The translations under genes were made by a program, and so were the position numbers. The notes under the pieces were generated by a model. That model did no database searches and was not told where the DNA came from. It saw only the letters and a list, made by a program, of their open reading frames with translations. Positions 1-13,808 of a stretch of DNA of 64,000 nt are shown here, one piece after another. This DNA comes from Glycera tridactyla (lineage: Eukaryota). How positions within the stretch are numbered: position 1 is the stretch's first letter; the number at the start of each line of letters is the position of its first letter. The DNA lies in NCBI GenBank assembly GCA_965644265.1, contig OZ286469.1, positions 66,526,001 through 66,590,000 of the forward strand. Reading direction: 5' to 3'.

Positions 1-1087
1 GGCACTTTATCCATAATATTACTTTTATCAGAAATCTCAGAGTTCCTTGCAAATATTGCTGTTACCACTCTTGGAGATTGGCATCATTACTATTTTGTCC
101 ATTGAAGGATGGCATCACTGCCGATCGGTTTTCATTTGTCAGCAGTGTGAAATAATTCAAATTGAAACTCACATGAGCAATACTGGTGGATATGAGACTT
201 GAATTTTCCTTGATTGTTCATTGACTGCCCAGTTTGCAAATGAAGAATCACGCAATATGAAAGAAAACAGATTGCATTCATTTTCTGGATTTCATCCGAT
301 TTTATCAATTTGTAGTTTGGTCGCATCCTGATCTGGTTTGCAGTAAATTAAGAGTACTGGTTGACTTCAGTTGAAAAGAGTTTGACACATCTATAATCAG
401 GTATAGCCATTTGAGATTAATCGAAGCACTATCGAGGCAGAGATTTGCCGGTATTTTAAGTTGGACAATTTTGCGTCGGACTTAGTCAATTTGAGTTGCC
501 ACTTTTAAGAGATTTGTCGTTAGAGGTTGTTTCCTATCACATGAGAATGAAAAATGTCCTGCCTGCAAGGGTTTTATGCAGCATGACCATGAAGCGTATG
601 ATGTCAAGTTGTTTGTCTAGATGGTGGTTTTAGTTCTGAACTGGTACATAGGGTTGCTTCTTCTCTTGCCTAATTTCCATCTCAATCAAGAGATGTAGGT
701 AAAAATTGAAGCTCAACACTTGAGTCAAAGGTCGATAAGAGTGATTATCATCCGATGTTGAGTCTAGCGTGTTGGTAAGCGTCGTTTTCCCATACTCCTC
801 GGCGCTGGGCAGTAATCTGAGAGCGTACCACCTCCGAGCTGGTATTTTAATTTTTTGCGCTTAGATCACGTGATGTTTGTGCGCCAATGCTGATTGGTCA
901 TATAACAATCAAGTTCAAAGGTCAACTGGCAGTGACGCACGTTCGATTGTCACGTCACGGCAATAAACAAACCCTACTTATCGCTGCCGTGAGTAACGCC
1001 GTGTGAAAATTCACTCACTTATCTTGGTAAATTGCATTATAAACGGATTCATTGGATGATAAATTCAGAATTCTACTCATACCTGTC

Positions 1088-1194
1088 ACGTTGAGAGCGT
1101 ACACCGCCTCGTAGTAAGCCTCGGGGAAGCACTCGTGGCCTCCGGCCACTCGTGCCTCCCAGGGGCTCGCTACTCGGTGGTACGCTCTCAACGT
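1088..1194. repeat. Imperfect ~107-bp palindrome (probable non-autonomous DNA element core)
   Basis: ACGTTGAGAGCGTAC (1088-1102) is the exact reverse complement of GTACGCTCTCAACGT (1180-1194). Inner arms gtagtaagcc/ggctcgctac, gggaagcac/gtgcctccc and gtggcc/ggccac also pair. Confidence 0.75.
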
Positions 1195-4100
1195 ACCAGG
1201 CACTCGGTGAATTCTTTATAAATGCTTGCTACCGTCAGTTGGTAGTCAGACACAATTCAAATGAGATTGTGTGCCAGGACAAGATAGAACTCAGAAGACA
1301 ACAGATTCAGATGGTCACACACATTGGTCAAAATCATGACACTCTGGACAGGTTGACTTGTAAATCTGACATTGATTAGATGCAGGTGCAATTGAACAGA
1401 GATAACTATATGACATGCTTTTCAAAAACTTTTTTTTCGGTTGTTTTTCAAGTATGATTGCATAAAATTTTATATGTGCGAGGGAAATGAGGATGACCCC
1501 ATAGTGGTTTGTGATGTCTGAATGAGGAGGGGAACAAAAACCAAACATGCCTTGAGCAGAGGGAATGACTTACTGAATACAGAGTGTATGTATAGTTATG
1601 TAAGGTATACAAAACTAGATACGATGGATATTGATACATGCCTTCTGAATTTTATTGGCCGCGGAACTGACTGGTATGTGCCAGTAGATCCTATGCCGTC
1701 TTCACACAATGTGGACTATATTGCCACTTGAAGTTGGGGAATAATTTCAAGACTGAGCTACCGAGATGTTACACATGCCCTTTGATCCAGCAGGCTGTCA
1801 GATACTACCTGTATTAAGAAACCACCTGTCCAGGACCGTCACATTTCCATGCTGGTTGGGAGTGACTGTTGCAGACCCGTCTTCTCAATATTCAGTCTGC
1901 GGTTGAAGGCATCATCAGGTTGCATCTATGGTGGTACTGATAAGCTCTTTTCAGATTGCAAACTGAACTGAGAGTTGAAATGGATTTTTCACGCCGGTTT
2001 AGACTGTATCCATATTGTAGACCATACATTGTCCACAAATATTTATGACTTCAACTGTTTCAGACTTAATGTAGGCAGGTCGCTTTGGCAGCCAGTTTTA
2101 GCAACATATCATTGCCATTGTCTTGTGTATGATGGGTGGGCCGCATGACTGCTATCCATCATGGAGTCTGTCCGTGTTCCTTTCACTGCTGTCTTTATTT
2201 GTTGCACCTGTTGGATATTTATTCACGTAGCGGATCATGAACTGTGTTAGTTGATGTGGCAAATGTTGATGATCTGCATGAGGAGAAATGTAGCCTGTGA
2301 GAGCACAGAGCAAGATATTAGATTTAGAAGTGGCAGCTTTTGGAAAATTTTGTCCGAAAATCTGCCACATTCTGATCCTATGTATGATGCCAAGGGGATT
2401 TGTGTTGCAATCTGTAGTTTGTTTGAAATGGGTTATTTAACATCATGAAGTTTTGCTTTCACTAAGCAAGACATTTACTGAGCTAGTTATTGCTCACAGT
2501 CACCTGGTTCCACCCCTGGTCATCATGATTTGAGCTTGAGAGGCCAGATAACTCCATAATTTAGAGATTATCAATTACTTGACTACAGACATGCTACTGA
2601 AAATCTGTGTTGACTCAGTTTGACCATTGGTCATTCCAACAAATCTTCGAGCCCTAGGTCTCTCAAATGGATTGAACATCATGATGTGTATCATTGCCAA
2701 ATATTTTTGTCTTGCGTATGTTGCCATTTGACGTATGGGAGAATATTTGGGGTTTAATTTGTTCATTGTTAGCACCATAGTGTGGCGCAGCACAAGTGAT
2801 AATTGACACGCTGGCTCCCATGATAAACACAGCTTCTCAGAAATGTGGTAAAACTTATCTTGATTTGTAGATACCACTTTCTCACCTACAATTCTTTTTC
2901 CAACTAGTTAAAGATTGTAGAGCACAAACTGGAAAGAGAATCTTATTGATATTGGTTCATCTAGAATGCTATATATGCTAACATAATTTATGATTAATTT
3001 TGTGTTGACGATGCTGAGATTTCCCGACTGACATTATATTAATGTTACATTGTAAGAAAACTGTTGAAGGCTTTGGAGGATTGTGTTTGGTTATACTGTC
3101 TGGCAACCACCCTTCAGGCCTGTGGTTGCTATGTATCTGTAGTGTTTTGTGAACAATGTTATCAGTAAATCTGACAATGCATTACCTGTATTCCGATCAG
3201 AAATTTTATGAAAAGTGCAATAGAGGTGCACCGAGCACTTCAGGGGAATCAAATAGATCCGTTTTTGCAAAGGTGCCATGATATTGTCATGATGTGAGAA
3301 AATGTCTCTGAGATGGACACCTTTACAAAGTGGCCCGCCACGTGTATGAGAATGAAATGCACATGAATAAAACATTAGAATTATAGATGAGGCTCTCATT
3401 TTAGTATCAGGTTCACCTTTGTGCAGGATAATAGGCGCTCAAAAATTCTGTGAGTTTTGGTCACTCTGGTGAAGAATTGGTTGTGTGCAGATCCCGAATA
3501 TGATTCAAATATATCGTTCCATTCTGCTTTCAATTGTCTCCTATCTATCTCTTTACTGAGCAATGATATCAATCTTGCAGTCTTGCTGGGAGTTCTGCAA
3601 CGGATATATTCGAGAATTTGTGCAGGTATTTCTTTCAGTCATTGTATTCATGTATCCTGAAATTTACTTCCAAAGGATGCTGATTCCTGTGAGAGAGATA
3701 TTTTGGACAGCTCATGTTTGCAGAGCTGCAACATTGAGATAAATCCACTGTGACTGGAACTATTTCAGCATTTCAAGCCTTTTGCCTTTTATTCCTGGCT
3801 TTACAGTGTTCACCATTGTCTGCCAGCCACTATTGCCTGAGATTGATTTTTTTTGGGTCAGCTCGTGGAAGTCTTGATTTTGGCATAGTTGATTAGGCAA
3901 AAGTGGCCGCAACGGAATGGTGAAGTGTGGACAGAAATGGATGCTATGATTTGGAGAGAATTTGAAAATGTGGGAACAGGCAGCTAAGTGTTAAGCTTTG
4001 TCATTTGTATCAGTGTCCCTGTTGTAAATGATCATATAATGGAGGGTAAAACAGATAGCATAATTTATAAGTTTTTATTACTTTGTTCTTTGTGCTTCTA

Positions 4101-5562
4101 TTTTAATGTCATTACCTCTAACTATCCATGTTTGGTTTTATGATTTACTCATTTTATTCGATGAGTTTGAGCCTGTATTTATTAGACATGCTTTACACTT
4201 TGTTGCAGAGTTAGTCCGTCCATTGTTGTGTTTTTTTCTTGTCATTTTACTTGTCACTTTATCAAGCACCACATCCATTTGCAAATCCTAACATCTAGAT
4301 GCTGAACAGTATTTTGCCGATAAGCTAGGAGACATGATCTCGTGAGGTGATCATTGTTGCACTTTCAGAAAAGCTAGTGGTACCTTAATTATTTATTTAT
4401 CACAGCCAGTGTCAGTATAATATTTAGCCAAATGACAATTCACTGGGTGAATTCATGTGCAATTCGATCATTATTCAAGAAGTTTCATATAAAGCGAATC
4501 TGAACTGTGTTTCTAGTTGACAAAGTTTGATGGAAAACACTTTGTCTCTAAACATTAAGCTCTGTAAATATTGCTTTCATGGTGAATATTTGAATTACCA
4601 TATTGTCATCTCAAGATCTTTACCAGTCTTTTCATGGGAAGTAAAAAGGCCATGGTAATCATACATGATATGGTAGGCCAATGTTCTGTCAAGAAGTTTT
4701 CATGAAACACCCGTCTCCTTTCATCAGCTCGTGGCTACTGCGGCGTTGCTATTACTACATTCATCACTAATATAAGCTGGCATATCAGCAAGTTACTTTA
4801 GACAATCAAGGTTTGATTCAGCTGACTGCAAAAATGACAAATATCGAGATCAACTGAAATTTGTAGAGATATACATGGTCGGTATCAGCTAATAAACGCG
4901 TCTGGGAACTGACCTAATATTTATTTTCAAAATTCTCATCTCTGAGAGGATTCAAGCTGAAGTTCTTTTGCTTGTCATTTCAGGTCTCAAATGTGGAAAC
5001 AAAACTTGATTTATATTATATGTTTTTCAGTTGTGTTTTATAGAATATTTAATAAAATGAACTTACATATGTACTTACTATAGTATGCTTCAATAGTCGA
5101 CCAAAAAGTGTATACGAGGTATCCTCACTATGATATCAGTACTTGATTGATTTCTTCTAGGTGCTGTAGTTCATTTTATTATTGGCATAGCTCTACATTT
5201 TCTCCCTCTCATCAGTCTCTTTTGCTGTGTAAGACTTTGGGATTTCAACCACCATCATTTTTAATACTCGTGTTCATGAAGAAAATCATAAATCATAATT
5301 GGGAAGATTACCTGAGATTCTCTCTGCACGCCAATGAGTTTAGTGACCAGAATGATTCACATTTAAACTATGTTTGTGTTTTTGTGTGTGTGTGTGACCT
5401 CAATGTTTAAGTGTATATCGGTTATGTTGAGGTAACATGGTTATTTTACGAGTGTAATGAAGTGTGATTGAGTTACTATCCATGATATGTGACATGCCAC
5501 ATCTACAACTCCTATAGGGTGAATCACTCCACTTATATATGCTAGATTACAAAACTTTCATT

Positions 5563-5718
5563 NNNNNNNNNNNNNNNNNNNNNNNNNNNNNNNNNNNNNN
5601 NNNNNNNNNNNNNNNNNNNNNNNNNNNNNNNNNNNNNNNNNNNNNNNNNNNNNNNNNNNNNNNNNNNNNNNNNNNNNNNNNNNNNNNNNNNNNNNNNNNN
5701 NNNNNNNNNNNNNNNNNN
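5563..5718. other. Assembly gap (N run)
   Basis: 156 consecutive N. Confidence 1.
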
Positions 5719-6985
5719 TGCTAGAAGCATTGCTATCATGCCAGATGTTGAAATTTGTGTTTATTTTCACATGCCCATTGTTGATTGTGTCTCAGGTTTT
5801 GTATATAATAGTCTTAAAATCATTCATCCATACTTGTCCTAATATATGAAATGGGTTCACACCACACATACACACACTCCATATTATCAGTGCTAGTTAT
5901 GTTGAAATCTCACCAAGCATTTTATACGTTTTGATGTAATGAATAATGATAACAGGTTTCTGAAAGACTTACAAGTACTGCATGTACATAGAGTTGACAT
6001 AATTTTGGAATTTTTGTAATAGATTGCATTGTTATTACATATATATATTTGTCATAAAATTATTGTTTACTTCTGGCTCCTGCATGCTTTTTCAGTCAAC
6101 AATATTCACAGCCCGGAATGAATATATTTGTACATTTATCCTCGTATTATATATATAAGTGTTATAACAATAGGTTGATTTTTCAGGAGGTTGCGATAGT
6201 TGCTTTTGTGGTATATATGTGTTATGAGATACCTCTATAGTCCTAAAGGAAGGGAAATATAAAACTCCACACAGATACACCTCATACAGTGTGACCTGTG
6301 ATAAGGGACCTTGAATTTCGGCTTGAAGATGACATCTTTCACTACATTTTGAGTAGCCTCTCTTATTGCAGGTTCCACTGTATCCCAAATGGACCCGATG
6401 GCTGAAATGCATGTGATATCCTTGGAATTTCAGACAGTTTCATCATTGGGGTAGAGGGAAGAAACATTTTTATGAAGTGGAATAACCAAGGAAAATGTCC
6501 ATGATAGATGTAGGGGTGAGTTTTCCCTGACCCTGGTGCGATACAATGAACCAAATTTATTTGACCCAAAGTGGACATTTCGCTGACCAGGATATAGACA
6601 TCCGAAGGGCAATTCCTCCTATGGACAGCCAAACTGATCTATTAAATGCCTCTTAGAAAACATTATTATAACTAAGCCTGCCTATCTAGAATGTATATCT
6701 ATGATTATTTTCCATCGGGCCAGAGATAGGCTATGAGACACCATCCGACATAGATTCGGTTTGTAGTGGAATATTATATATCATTCCGAAATTGTCCCCG
6801 CAAGTGAAGACGGATTTCTATCATTCTGGTCAGTCATATTTATTGGCTATGCAGTTCAAGCCAGTATAGGTAATGTCATTTCATTCAAGAATGGTGCTTG
6901 TATAGTGAGTGCTTTATTTGTTCCATTTGTTTGGCAATCATTAGCCAATATTTTTCTGTTGAGAACGTTGGTACCACATGAATTG

Positions 6986-7144
6986 TCAGCTACTTCCACT
7001 TGACAACCTTTCTGTTCCCCATCATCTTGTGTTGAGGGGTTGTGAAAGTGATATCTGCAGGGGAGAGAACATTCAGCTTTCATTGACCAGGAACACATGG
7101 CATACATATTCCTCTGAGTTGATACATGCTGTTAAACGTCAAAT
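6986..7144 (+). mobile_element. Family C short retroposon, diverged copy
   Basis: tcagctacttccacttgacaacc...gttgatacatgctgttaaac matches the copies at 13809-14135 and 57551-57895. Confidence 0.75.
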
Positions 7145-7200
7145 GATTCAATATCTGTTTAGACTATGTTTTATGATCACCCATAACTTCAGTCTCGAAT

Positions 7201-7252
7201 AATCCTGACTGGATTGAAAAGAGATGTAAAGCCCTATTCAGTCAATCAATCA
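7201..7252 (+). mobile_element. 3' tail of a further LINE/SINE family
   Basis: gatgtaaagccc followed by caatcaatc, resembling the GACGTTAAAC+tetranucleotide tails of families A-C. Confidence 0.35.
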
Positions 7253-7693
7253 GTTTACTGAAGTCTTCAAATGATGTTCAAATTTGCAAATGCCAGTTCT
7301 TACGACTTCTATCTACAGAAGTTATGTCTTGGTCATTTCCGAATCAGTTCAGTCATCTAAAGAAATGAAATTGGACAGATTTTGGGATCAGGTACCGGTA
7401 TCAGATGCCCAGGATATTTTACTATATGAATGAATGAATTCATAGTGCTGCCTTCATCTAGGTGTCGATTTCAGGAGAATGATAGCAGACTTGCCAGAGA
7501 AACATCATTGTAATTATGAAAAGACTATCATGTCTTATCAGGTTCTTGTCCTCTGTTTGAATTAGGAATCTTTTCACAGGTGTATGCATGATTTCTGAGA
7601 GTTGTTTTGTAAAGGCTATGCATATTAAATGGGTGAATTGTGGTTGCAAATGTGTTGTTCTTGGTTCGAAGACGATCCATGATGAAGATGATT

Positions 7694-7768
7694 CACCCTA
7701 CTTCGGAATGATTTGTTGAGACGTTTCATCATGTTTCCTCACGTCTCAACAAATTATTCTGAAGGGTG
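7694..7768 (+). other. Long stem-loop (pre-miRNA-like geometry)
   Basis: Perfect 14-bp stem ATTTGTTGAGACGT (7711-7724)/ACGTCTCAACAAAT (7741-7754), 16-nt loop, extended by 10 more pairs including two G:U. Confidence 0.5.
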
Positions 7769-8402
7769 TAAATTGGGGTTTGACTCAGAAGTTGGATGAT
7801 CTGTAACTCAGACACCATTCAACAAGTTATATGTGGTACTAACGTTCTCTTGCCTTTTCTGTCACTATTCAATCATCTTAGTGTGGAGGAAGTCATGCCA
7901 GTCATACGGTTATTGGAGGGGGGGGGGGGGTCATCTCTGAGTATTTATTATATTACAAGAGTTGAATTGTGACTAGTCTGGATCAGGATATATGTAGAAC
8001 GGTCCCCGTGGGATGGGGTGGAATGTGCCTGCAGTGTTTGTACTCAATGCTATGTGCGTCTCTGTGATATATGTATATATGTCTTGGTTTACACATAAAC
8101 TGCTGTGCATTTTGCCGTCACCTAAGTCATTTGTTTTATCCCATTGTTATCACTGCTATGTCTTTAGCATGTTTCCCTCACAGTTTATGTGTGTGCTGTG
8201 TGAAACAAGAGTACCTCATCTGTTATATATTTAGATATCAATGTGTTGTCAGCTGATGGTTGAATCTGGACAGGGATGAATGTGTGGCTGGTGCTTTGTG
8301 TCAACTATATGTCTCAAGGGTACAAGAGTCTTCTCAGACTTGCAGTAGTAAGGTGGAATGATTATAATGTTACTTTCTCCCATTCTCCTCATGCACGCCA
8401 TA

Positions 8403-8580
8403 CAGTGGAACCTGTATTAACCAATCACTGTATCGATCAACAACCTGTCCTATGCTGTCTTTTTTTCAATTTCCCTTTTTCAATTTCCTTTCATATGATC
8501 CACCAATATCAGGCATGCACCTGTCTTGAGCTCCCACTTTTTGGCTTCCAAAAAGTGTTTGCTTGATACAGGGACTACTG
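8403..8580. mobile_element. TA-flanked MITE (Tc1/mariner/pogo-type TIR), degenerate right end
   Basis: ta-CAGTGGAACCTG at 8401-8414; degenerate counterpart ttgatacagggactactg near 8563-8580. Confidence 0.4.
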
Positions 8581-8884
8581 TTGTTATCCCGGCACGTTCA
8601 TAATGGATGATACATATTTTGGTGAGTAAATTCATGCCAGATGGGATTTTAAAGTGGTACATGTAATTTTAAACTCCAGAAATGCTTGATGGAATGCTGA
8701 AGGTCGAATAAGGCACATGTAGCATTGTCATGATTATGTCATCATGGTCATGGATGGCGTTGCTTGATATATTATTCAAAGATGTCACTGACTGGGTACA
8801 AAGTATTTCGTTCCCATAGATATAAAACACATCAGAAACATCATTCCTTAATCTGGTAGATATCAATCAGTAGATATTGCAAGT

Positions 8885-9060
8885 AATGAGCCCTTCGACA
8901 AGAGACCACCTTAAATGTTAGCAAGGAATGGTCTCTCAAAACAGGTGGTCTCTTATCAGAGGTATATTTGATTATGATAAATACAGAAGCTGCCCTGGAA
9001 AAGCGGTCTCCTGTTGGAGATGGTCTCTCGTCCAGGGTTCTCTCATTGCAGGTTTCACGG
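8885..9060. mobile_element. MITE with internal gaggtggtctct repeats
   Basis: Right end gcaggtttcacgg-ta; internal sequence similar to 58994-59172 and 59270-59451. Left end unclear. Confidence 0.6.
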
Positions 9061-10875
9061 TATTGATATTCATTTGACAGTTTCATCATATTTAACTGAC
9101 TTACTTTGCAGTTAAGAGTCCCCAACTTGCTGACTAAAGCATGTGTCATACCTTACCTGCCTCATACTGTTGATATTTTATGAACAATTCTTCTATATCT
9201 TTGTAGAAATCAAGTGTATGATTGACCTTAGAACATCATGGACAAATTTGAAACCTGTCTGAATTTATTAGAGACATGAATTCATGGTCTGAATTCACTG
9301 TCTGAATTTCATTCATTTTCTCTGCCAGGGATGCACAGTCAGTCCTTCATCAGTTTAGAATCATGACTGGATATTGGGATGAAGGACCCAGCTTTTGCCA
9401 TTTTGCTTTGGGAAACATGCACATATATTAATTGAATGACTCTTATTGCGAATGTCAGCACCTTATCATGTCATCCTTGCGGAATTCAGTGTTTCTCCAT
9501 GGTGCATCACATGATTTTCGCCATAATTCAGGGTCCTTTGTTTCTTATATTTGTAATTAAATAATATATGTACTTGGTGTAATTTTGTTCACTGATCGAA
9601 GTGGTGCAACTAGAACCAACAGACCCTTGAATGCAAATATAGGATGGTATGTTCAAAGGCACCTCTCAATTATATGGTATATTTGGTAACTTCATCATCA
9701 GTGTAATCCATCAGAGCCATTACCCGCTCATTCCTAATGCTTGTAATGGTTGCCATGGACAACACCCAAAACTAGCTGTATCAGAACAAGAAGTGCTATA
9801 TATTCATCAAGTATATCCATGAAACACTTTAAACGTATTGCCTGAGTTCATGTTAATGATATTCTCGCATTTTTGTTCAGAATTATAGTGTGTATTGTAT
9901 CCATGCCACTTGCACTTCTGTGGGTGTCCGAACATCATTTTATGTGATGCTTCTCTGTATTGAGAACTATCCATCATGTGTGCATGCAAGCATACGCATA
10001 CATACACATGAGCACAGCTTGTAGCTCCCCGCTAATTATCACATGAATGTCCTCGATGCAAGTCTACAACTCATGTGATTAAGCTTGTTCACATGTTAGT
10101 CTAGTTAGCTCATAATCTAAAATGCTAAGTTTGAGTAACTAATGTTGCATTTAGTGCATTATCGCTATGTTGTTAAAACAGATGAGTTAATGGTAGTTAC
10201 TTACCATGTTTGTAGCTAAGATCACTAGAGCACAGTATGCAACAATTTTGTGGATACGTGACTGTTCGAACATGTTAGACTTAGCAATACATGTGCCGGT
10301 TCTGTGTCTTAACTGGTCTCCGAGGAATTATAGGGTATTCCAGCACCTGTCATGTGTGTGGGCCATGAACTTATCAACTAACATAGATTTCGATATATTC
10401 AGGCGGTGAATTGCAATCAATTTCTACATGATTTCCCACCCACTAGGTGTGATGAACACCTATTTTCAGTTATTAAAGTGGAAAAGGATTAGTTTGAAAG
10501 TTCATGGTCACAGAATAATTGGTGCTCCCCTTGTGATAATTGATTTGCTAGTGTCAAAATTATTCCATCATTTTCTGGCATGGCACTGATTGTGTGACTT
10601 GTATCAACTTGTCCATATGATCCCGACCAAATAAGCACCATTGCTCCAAATCCCAACCTCTGTCTACAAGATTATTTCAACCCATTCTAATCTATTCAGT
10701 CAAATATACCTCTAGTTTGCACCTTGGCCTATTTTGTCAATACTCCACCTTTGTGAGAAACATTGCTTCAGGCATTAATGCTCGCTTATCGATTCTGTGG
10801 TTCGATATATGATACATAGAAGTCTCTATATATATGTACCACAACCTTTCATCTCTGCCCCTCCCCCCCAATATA

Positions 10876-11130
10876 TTGTGTTCAGGGTCTGTGAGTGGTA
10901 CTTGCTGGGGGAGAGAGCTCTCATAGATTTGCAATAGAAGCATACATGTTGTAATCCCAGTGGGTTGTAAAATGCCATTCAACCCTTGTCAACCAGCCAT
11001 ATGGCTTCATCCTTCCCCAATCAGCCATCTTCATTCTTCTGGTTCCCCCTCATCGTGGGATCAGGGTTTGTAAGAGGGAGGTCTGTTGGGGACAGAACAT
11101 GCTGCTTTCAGATCAGAAACACACAGCATG
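10876..11130 (+). mobile_element. Two old family C fragments (10876-10986, ~11065-11130)
   Basis: ttgtgttcagggtctgtgag...taatcccagtgggttg...atgccattcaaccc and cagggtttgtaagag...gaacatgctgctttca...aacacacagcat align to the C consensus. Confidence 0.55.
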
Positions 11131-12134
11131 CATGATATTCTTGGTTTACACACATTGAGCTCCTCCCTACCCTGCCAGTAGAATCCACTCATTATCACTC
11201 ACTAATATCCGAAAAAGGCTCCACAAAATTTCACAATTTCACACCGCACATGAAGATGAGGCAGCCAAACAGGCCATGGTACTATTTCTATGTGGCACCC
11301 ACACTGTGAATGTTGCATGAAATTTACACTTTTTTTCCACTTGACGGTTTAAATGTACTCAAATAATTCTTCAATAGTGACACATATTCAATTGTTGCGG
11401 ATTTCACTGGAGCACATCCACAGGTTTCATGTTGAAATGCTGCCGATCACCAAAGATAAGATTCTAAAACATGCACGCAAGGTTTTCAACTTAACAGATG
11501 TGTATGATTATAATCTGCAGATTACAGCAGTATAGGGGAGATTCCACTTGTGATATATCAGCCAGTACCAACCAGTGAGATTCTCATTGTATTCATGTGC
11601 TTCATTTTGAATGATATCAGTTGCTTTCGTTTCATTTCCACATCTACACATAATGTCAAGTAGATTGTCCCATGATATTTCTCCAAGCCAATCATTGATG
11701 TATAGACAGATATCAGTTGGCCAAGTAGATTGGAATTTTTGAGAAGAAATGTACTGGTATTTATCGTTTTGTCCCACCACGTCAGTGTTTTATACATTAT
11801 ATGCATGTTTCTGTAAATAAGGGCCTGTATTGAAGAATGCAATGTGTTTTCACAATATGACTTAAAATTGTTGATGTTTGAAATAGTGAGATATTTATTT
11901 GTTTCTTTTGAATATCTGTTTAAAATAAAAATGCTGAAGAATTTTGACTGGTGCCTTTGTTATTTTCTGATTGAATGCCTTGATAATATGAACACATACT
12001 TGTGTATAATAATGTTCACATGTTCACTGCTAATATGTTACCCTTCGCAATCTTTGAAGCATGTCATATTCTAGTCATAATTACACATATCGGCACTAAC
12101 ATGGCATCGCTATAGAGATTCAGTCCCAAATGTT

Positions 12135-12490
12135 CCATGACACTGAGTGTCTAGACATTTTGATCATTTCATTCTCCGTGGGGGACCCAAAAGTAGAAGT
12201 ATTGAATGATTTCTCCCATGTAATTTGCACCCATGCCAGTACTGCCCAGTTTTTGTCGTGTGTGATATATATTGGGGCCTCTACCAATCTGAAATGACAC
12301 ATTGTGTGTCTGTGAATTTCATAAACTTTCGTAATTTGATGATCGAGGAAGAGAAAGCGGATGATCCCACCCATGACATGTGTCTGTGAATTTCATTTAT
12401 TCACCTTTCTTTGGGACCCTAGAGGAAAAGTTAAGTGACCCTACCCATGGCCATTGCTTTGACGTCTTGATGTAGCCCAGGTGGTGCCCA
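12135..12490 (+). mobile_element. Cluster of 3-4 degenerate family A fragments
   Basis: gaaatgacacattgtgtgtctgtgaatttcataaa (12291), gatcccacccatg, gtgtctgtgaatttcat, and cccatggccattgc...tagcccaggtggtgc. Confidence 0.65.
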
Positions 12491-12659
12491 CTGGACAATT
12501 GAGAATAGACATAAACTCCATGCAGACCAGGCGAGTACTGTAATGTAGAGAATTGTACAACGTAGGATACATCGGCTGATAGAATTCATTGGACTTGATA
12601 CCTCATCTTCGACTATAACCTGTAGAATGTTCGTTGCAGCTAACTGAAATAGGGCTCCT

Positions 12660-12760
12660 TGTCTGCAGGGGAGAGAGCATCTAGCTTTCATTTACCAGGA
12701 ATACACGGTATACAAAATCCTGTGGGTTGATACATGCCGTTAAACCTCAAACAAACAAAC
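12660..12760 (+). mobile_element. Family C short retroposon
   Basis: gtctgcaggggagagagcatctagctttca...aatcctgtgggttgatacatgccgttaaacctcaaacaaacaaac. Confidence 0.85.
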
Positions 12761-12804
12761 ATTTCTTTTACACACCCAAGGTAGAGAATATCAAGTGGGG
12801 GAAT

Positions 12805-12962
12805 TGAGTGTGTGACATTGTCTGTGAATTTCATAAATTTTCGCCTTCTGTTGGGGATCCAGAAGGAGGAGTCTCGAATGATCCCTCCCATGCCCATCGC
12901 ATAGGCGTCACAATATAGCCCAGATGGAGCTGACGTGACGTTAAACCCCCCACAAAAAAAAC
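12805..12962 (+). mobile_element. Family A short retroposon
   Basis: Full A body (ccttctg...cagaagg; cccatgcccat; cgtcac...gtgacgttaaac) with an A-rich tail. Confidence 0.9.
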
Positions 12963-13417
12963 ATCATATCTTCTGAGCCACTGGTTCCAGCTATCGGGAG
13001 ATAAAGTAGAGGTGTCTTGAATATTACCATTGTAATAGGGCTAGGACGGAAACATATGCAACATAAGGAAGTGGTCAAGATTCATCAGTGTGAGCCCACC
13101 TGTTTCGCAATGAAATGACTTGGAGAGCCTTGTTTTGTCGCATTTGCAGTTGATGACTCTCCTTGTTAGACAAAGTGTGAAAGACGGTGTCACAGTAACT
13201 CAGCACTGACAAAATCGTGGATTCATATATCATCTGAGCTTGTTTACTTCCCTTGCCTCAGTAAGCATATAGAGAGGTGGACTAGCCTTATTTGAGTTAT
13301 ATGACACATGACTTTCAGAGGATAGACTTGAATCCAGCATGAACCCAGGTATTCAAATTCATTCACAACTTCCAATGTCTCATCGTTCATCGTGACATTC
13401 AGTGGCTGTTACTGGGC

Positions 13418-13476
13418 TCAGTCCGATATAACCCAAGCGGGTTTAAGTGACGTTAAACTCAAACAAACAAACAAAC
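13418..13476 (+). mobile_element. Family B 3' tail only
   Basis: tcagtccgatataacccaagcgggtttaagtgacgttaaactc(aaac)n, same as the end of the 16146-16364 copy. Confidence 0.85.
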
Positions 13477-13558
13477 TAGCTGTTGTCTACCTCCAAAAAG
13501 CTTTGCCTTTCGTACATCGAGAAAAAGCTTATTTGTATTCAGCCACTGGAGAGAACAG

Positions 13559-13653
13559 TGGAGAGAACATCTAGCTTTCATTGACCAGGAACACACGGCA
13601 TATATAATCCTGTGGGTTGATACATGCCGTTAATCCTCTAACAAACAAACAAA
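13559..13653 (+). mobile_element. Family C short retroposon
   Basis: gagagaacatctagctttcattgaccaggaacacacggca...tgccgttaatcctctaacaaacaaac. Confidence 0.85.
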
Positions 13654-13808
13654 ATGCAAAACGTGGGTACCCGGCACAGCATTCCTGGGTTACTAGGGCT
13701 GCGACTAGGTTTACTAGGTTGTGTGATGGCATTGCACTGCAAGCATGGGGCAAGCCATGATTGTGAAGCTGGTTTGAAGTTGACATTTCGTTATTGAACA
13801 CATTGTTT

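Noticed and set aside
3091-3700. Protein-like minus-strand stretch (KEIPAQILEYIRCRTPSK...) as a host exon
   Set aside because: No recognisable domain, stops nearby, and no clear splice context.
4690-4745. Minus-strand CTGATGA...GAAA resembling a hammerhead core
   Set aside because: Stem II cannot form without consuming the core, and no stems I/III are evident.
5539-5770. ORFs spanning the N run
   Set aside because: Artefacts of the assembly gap.
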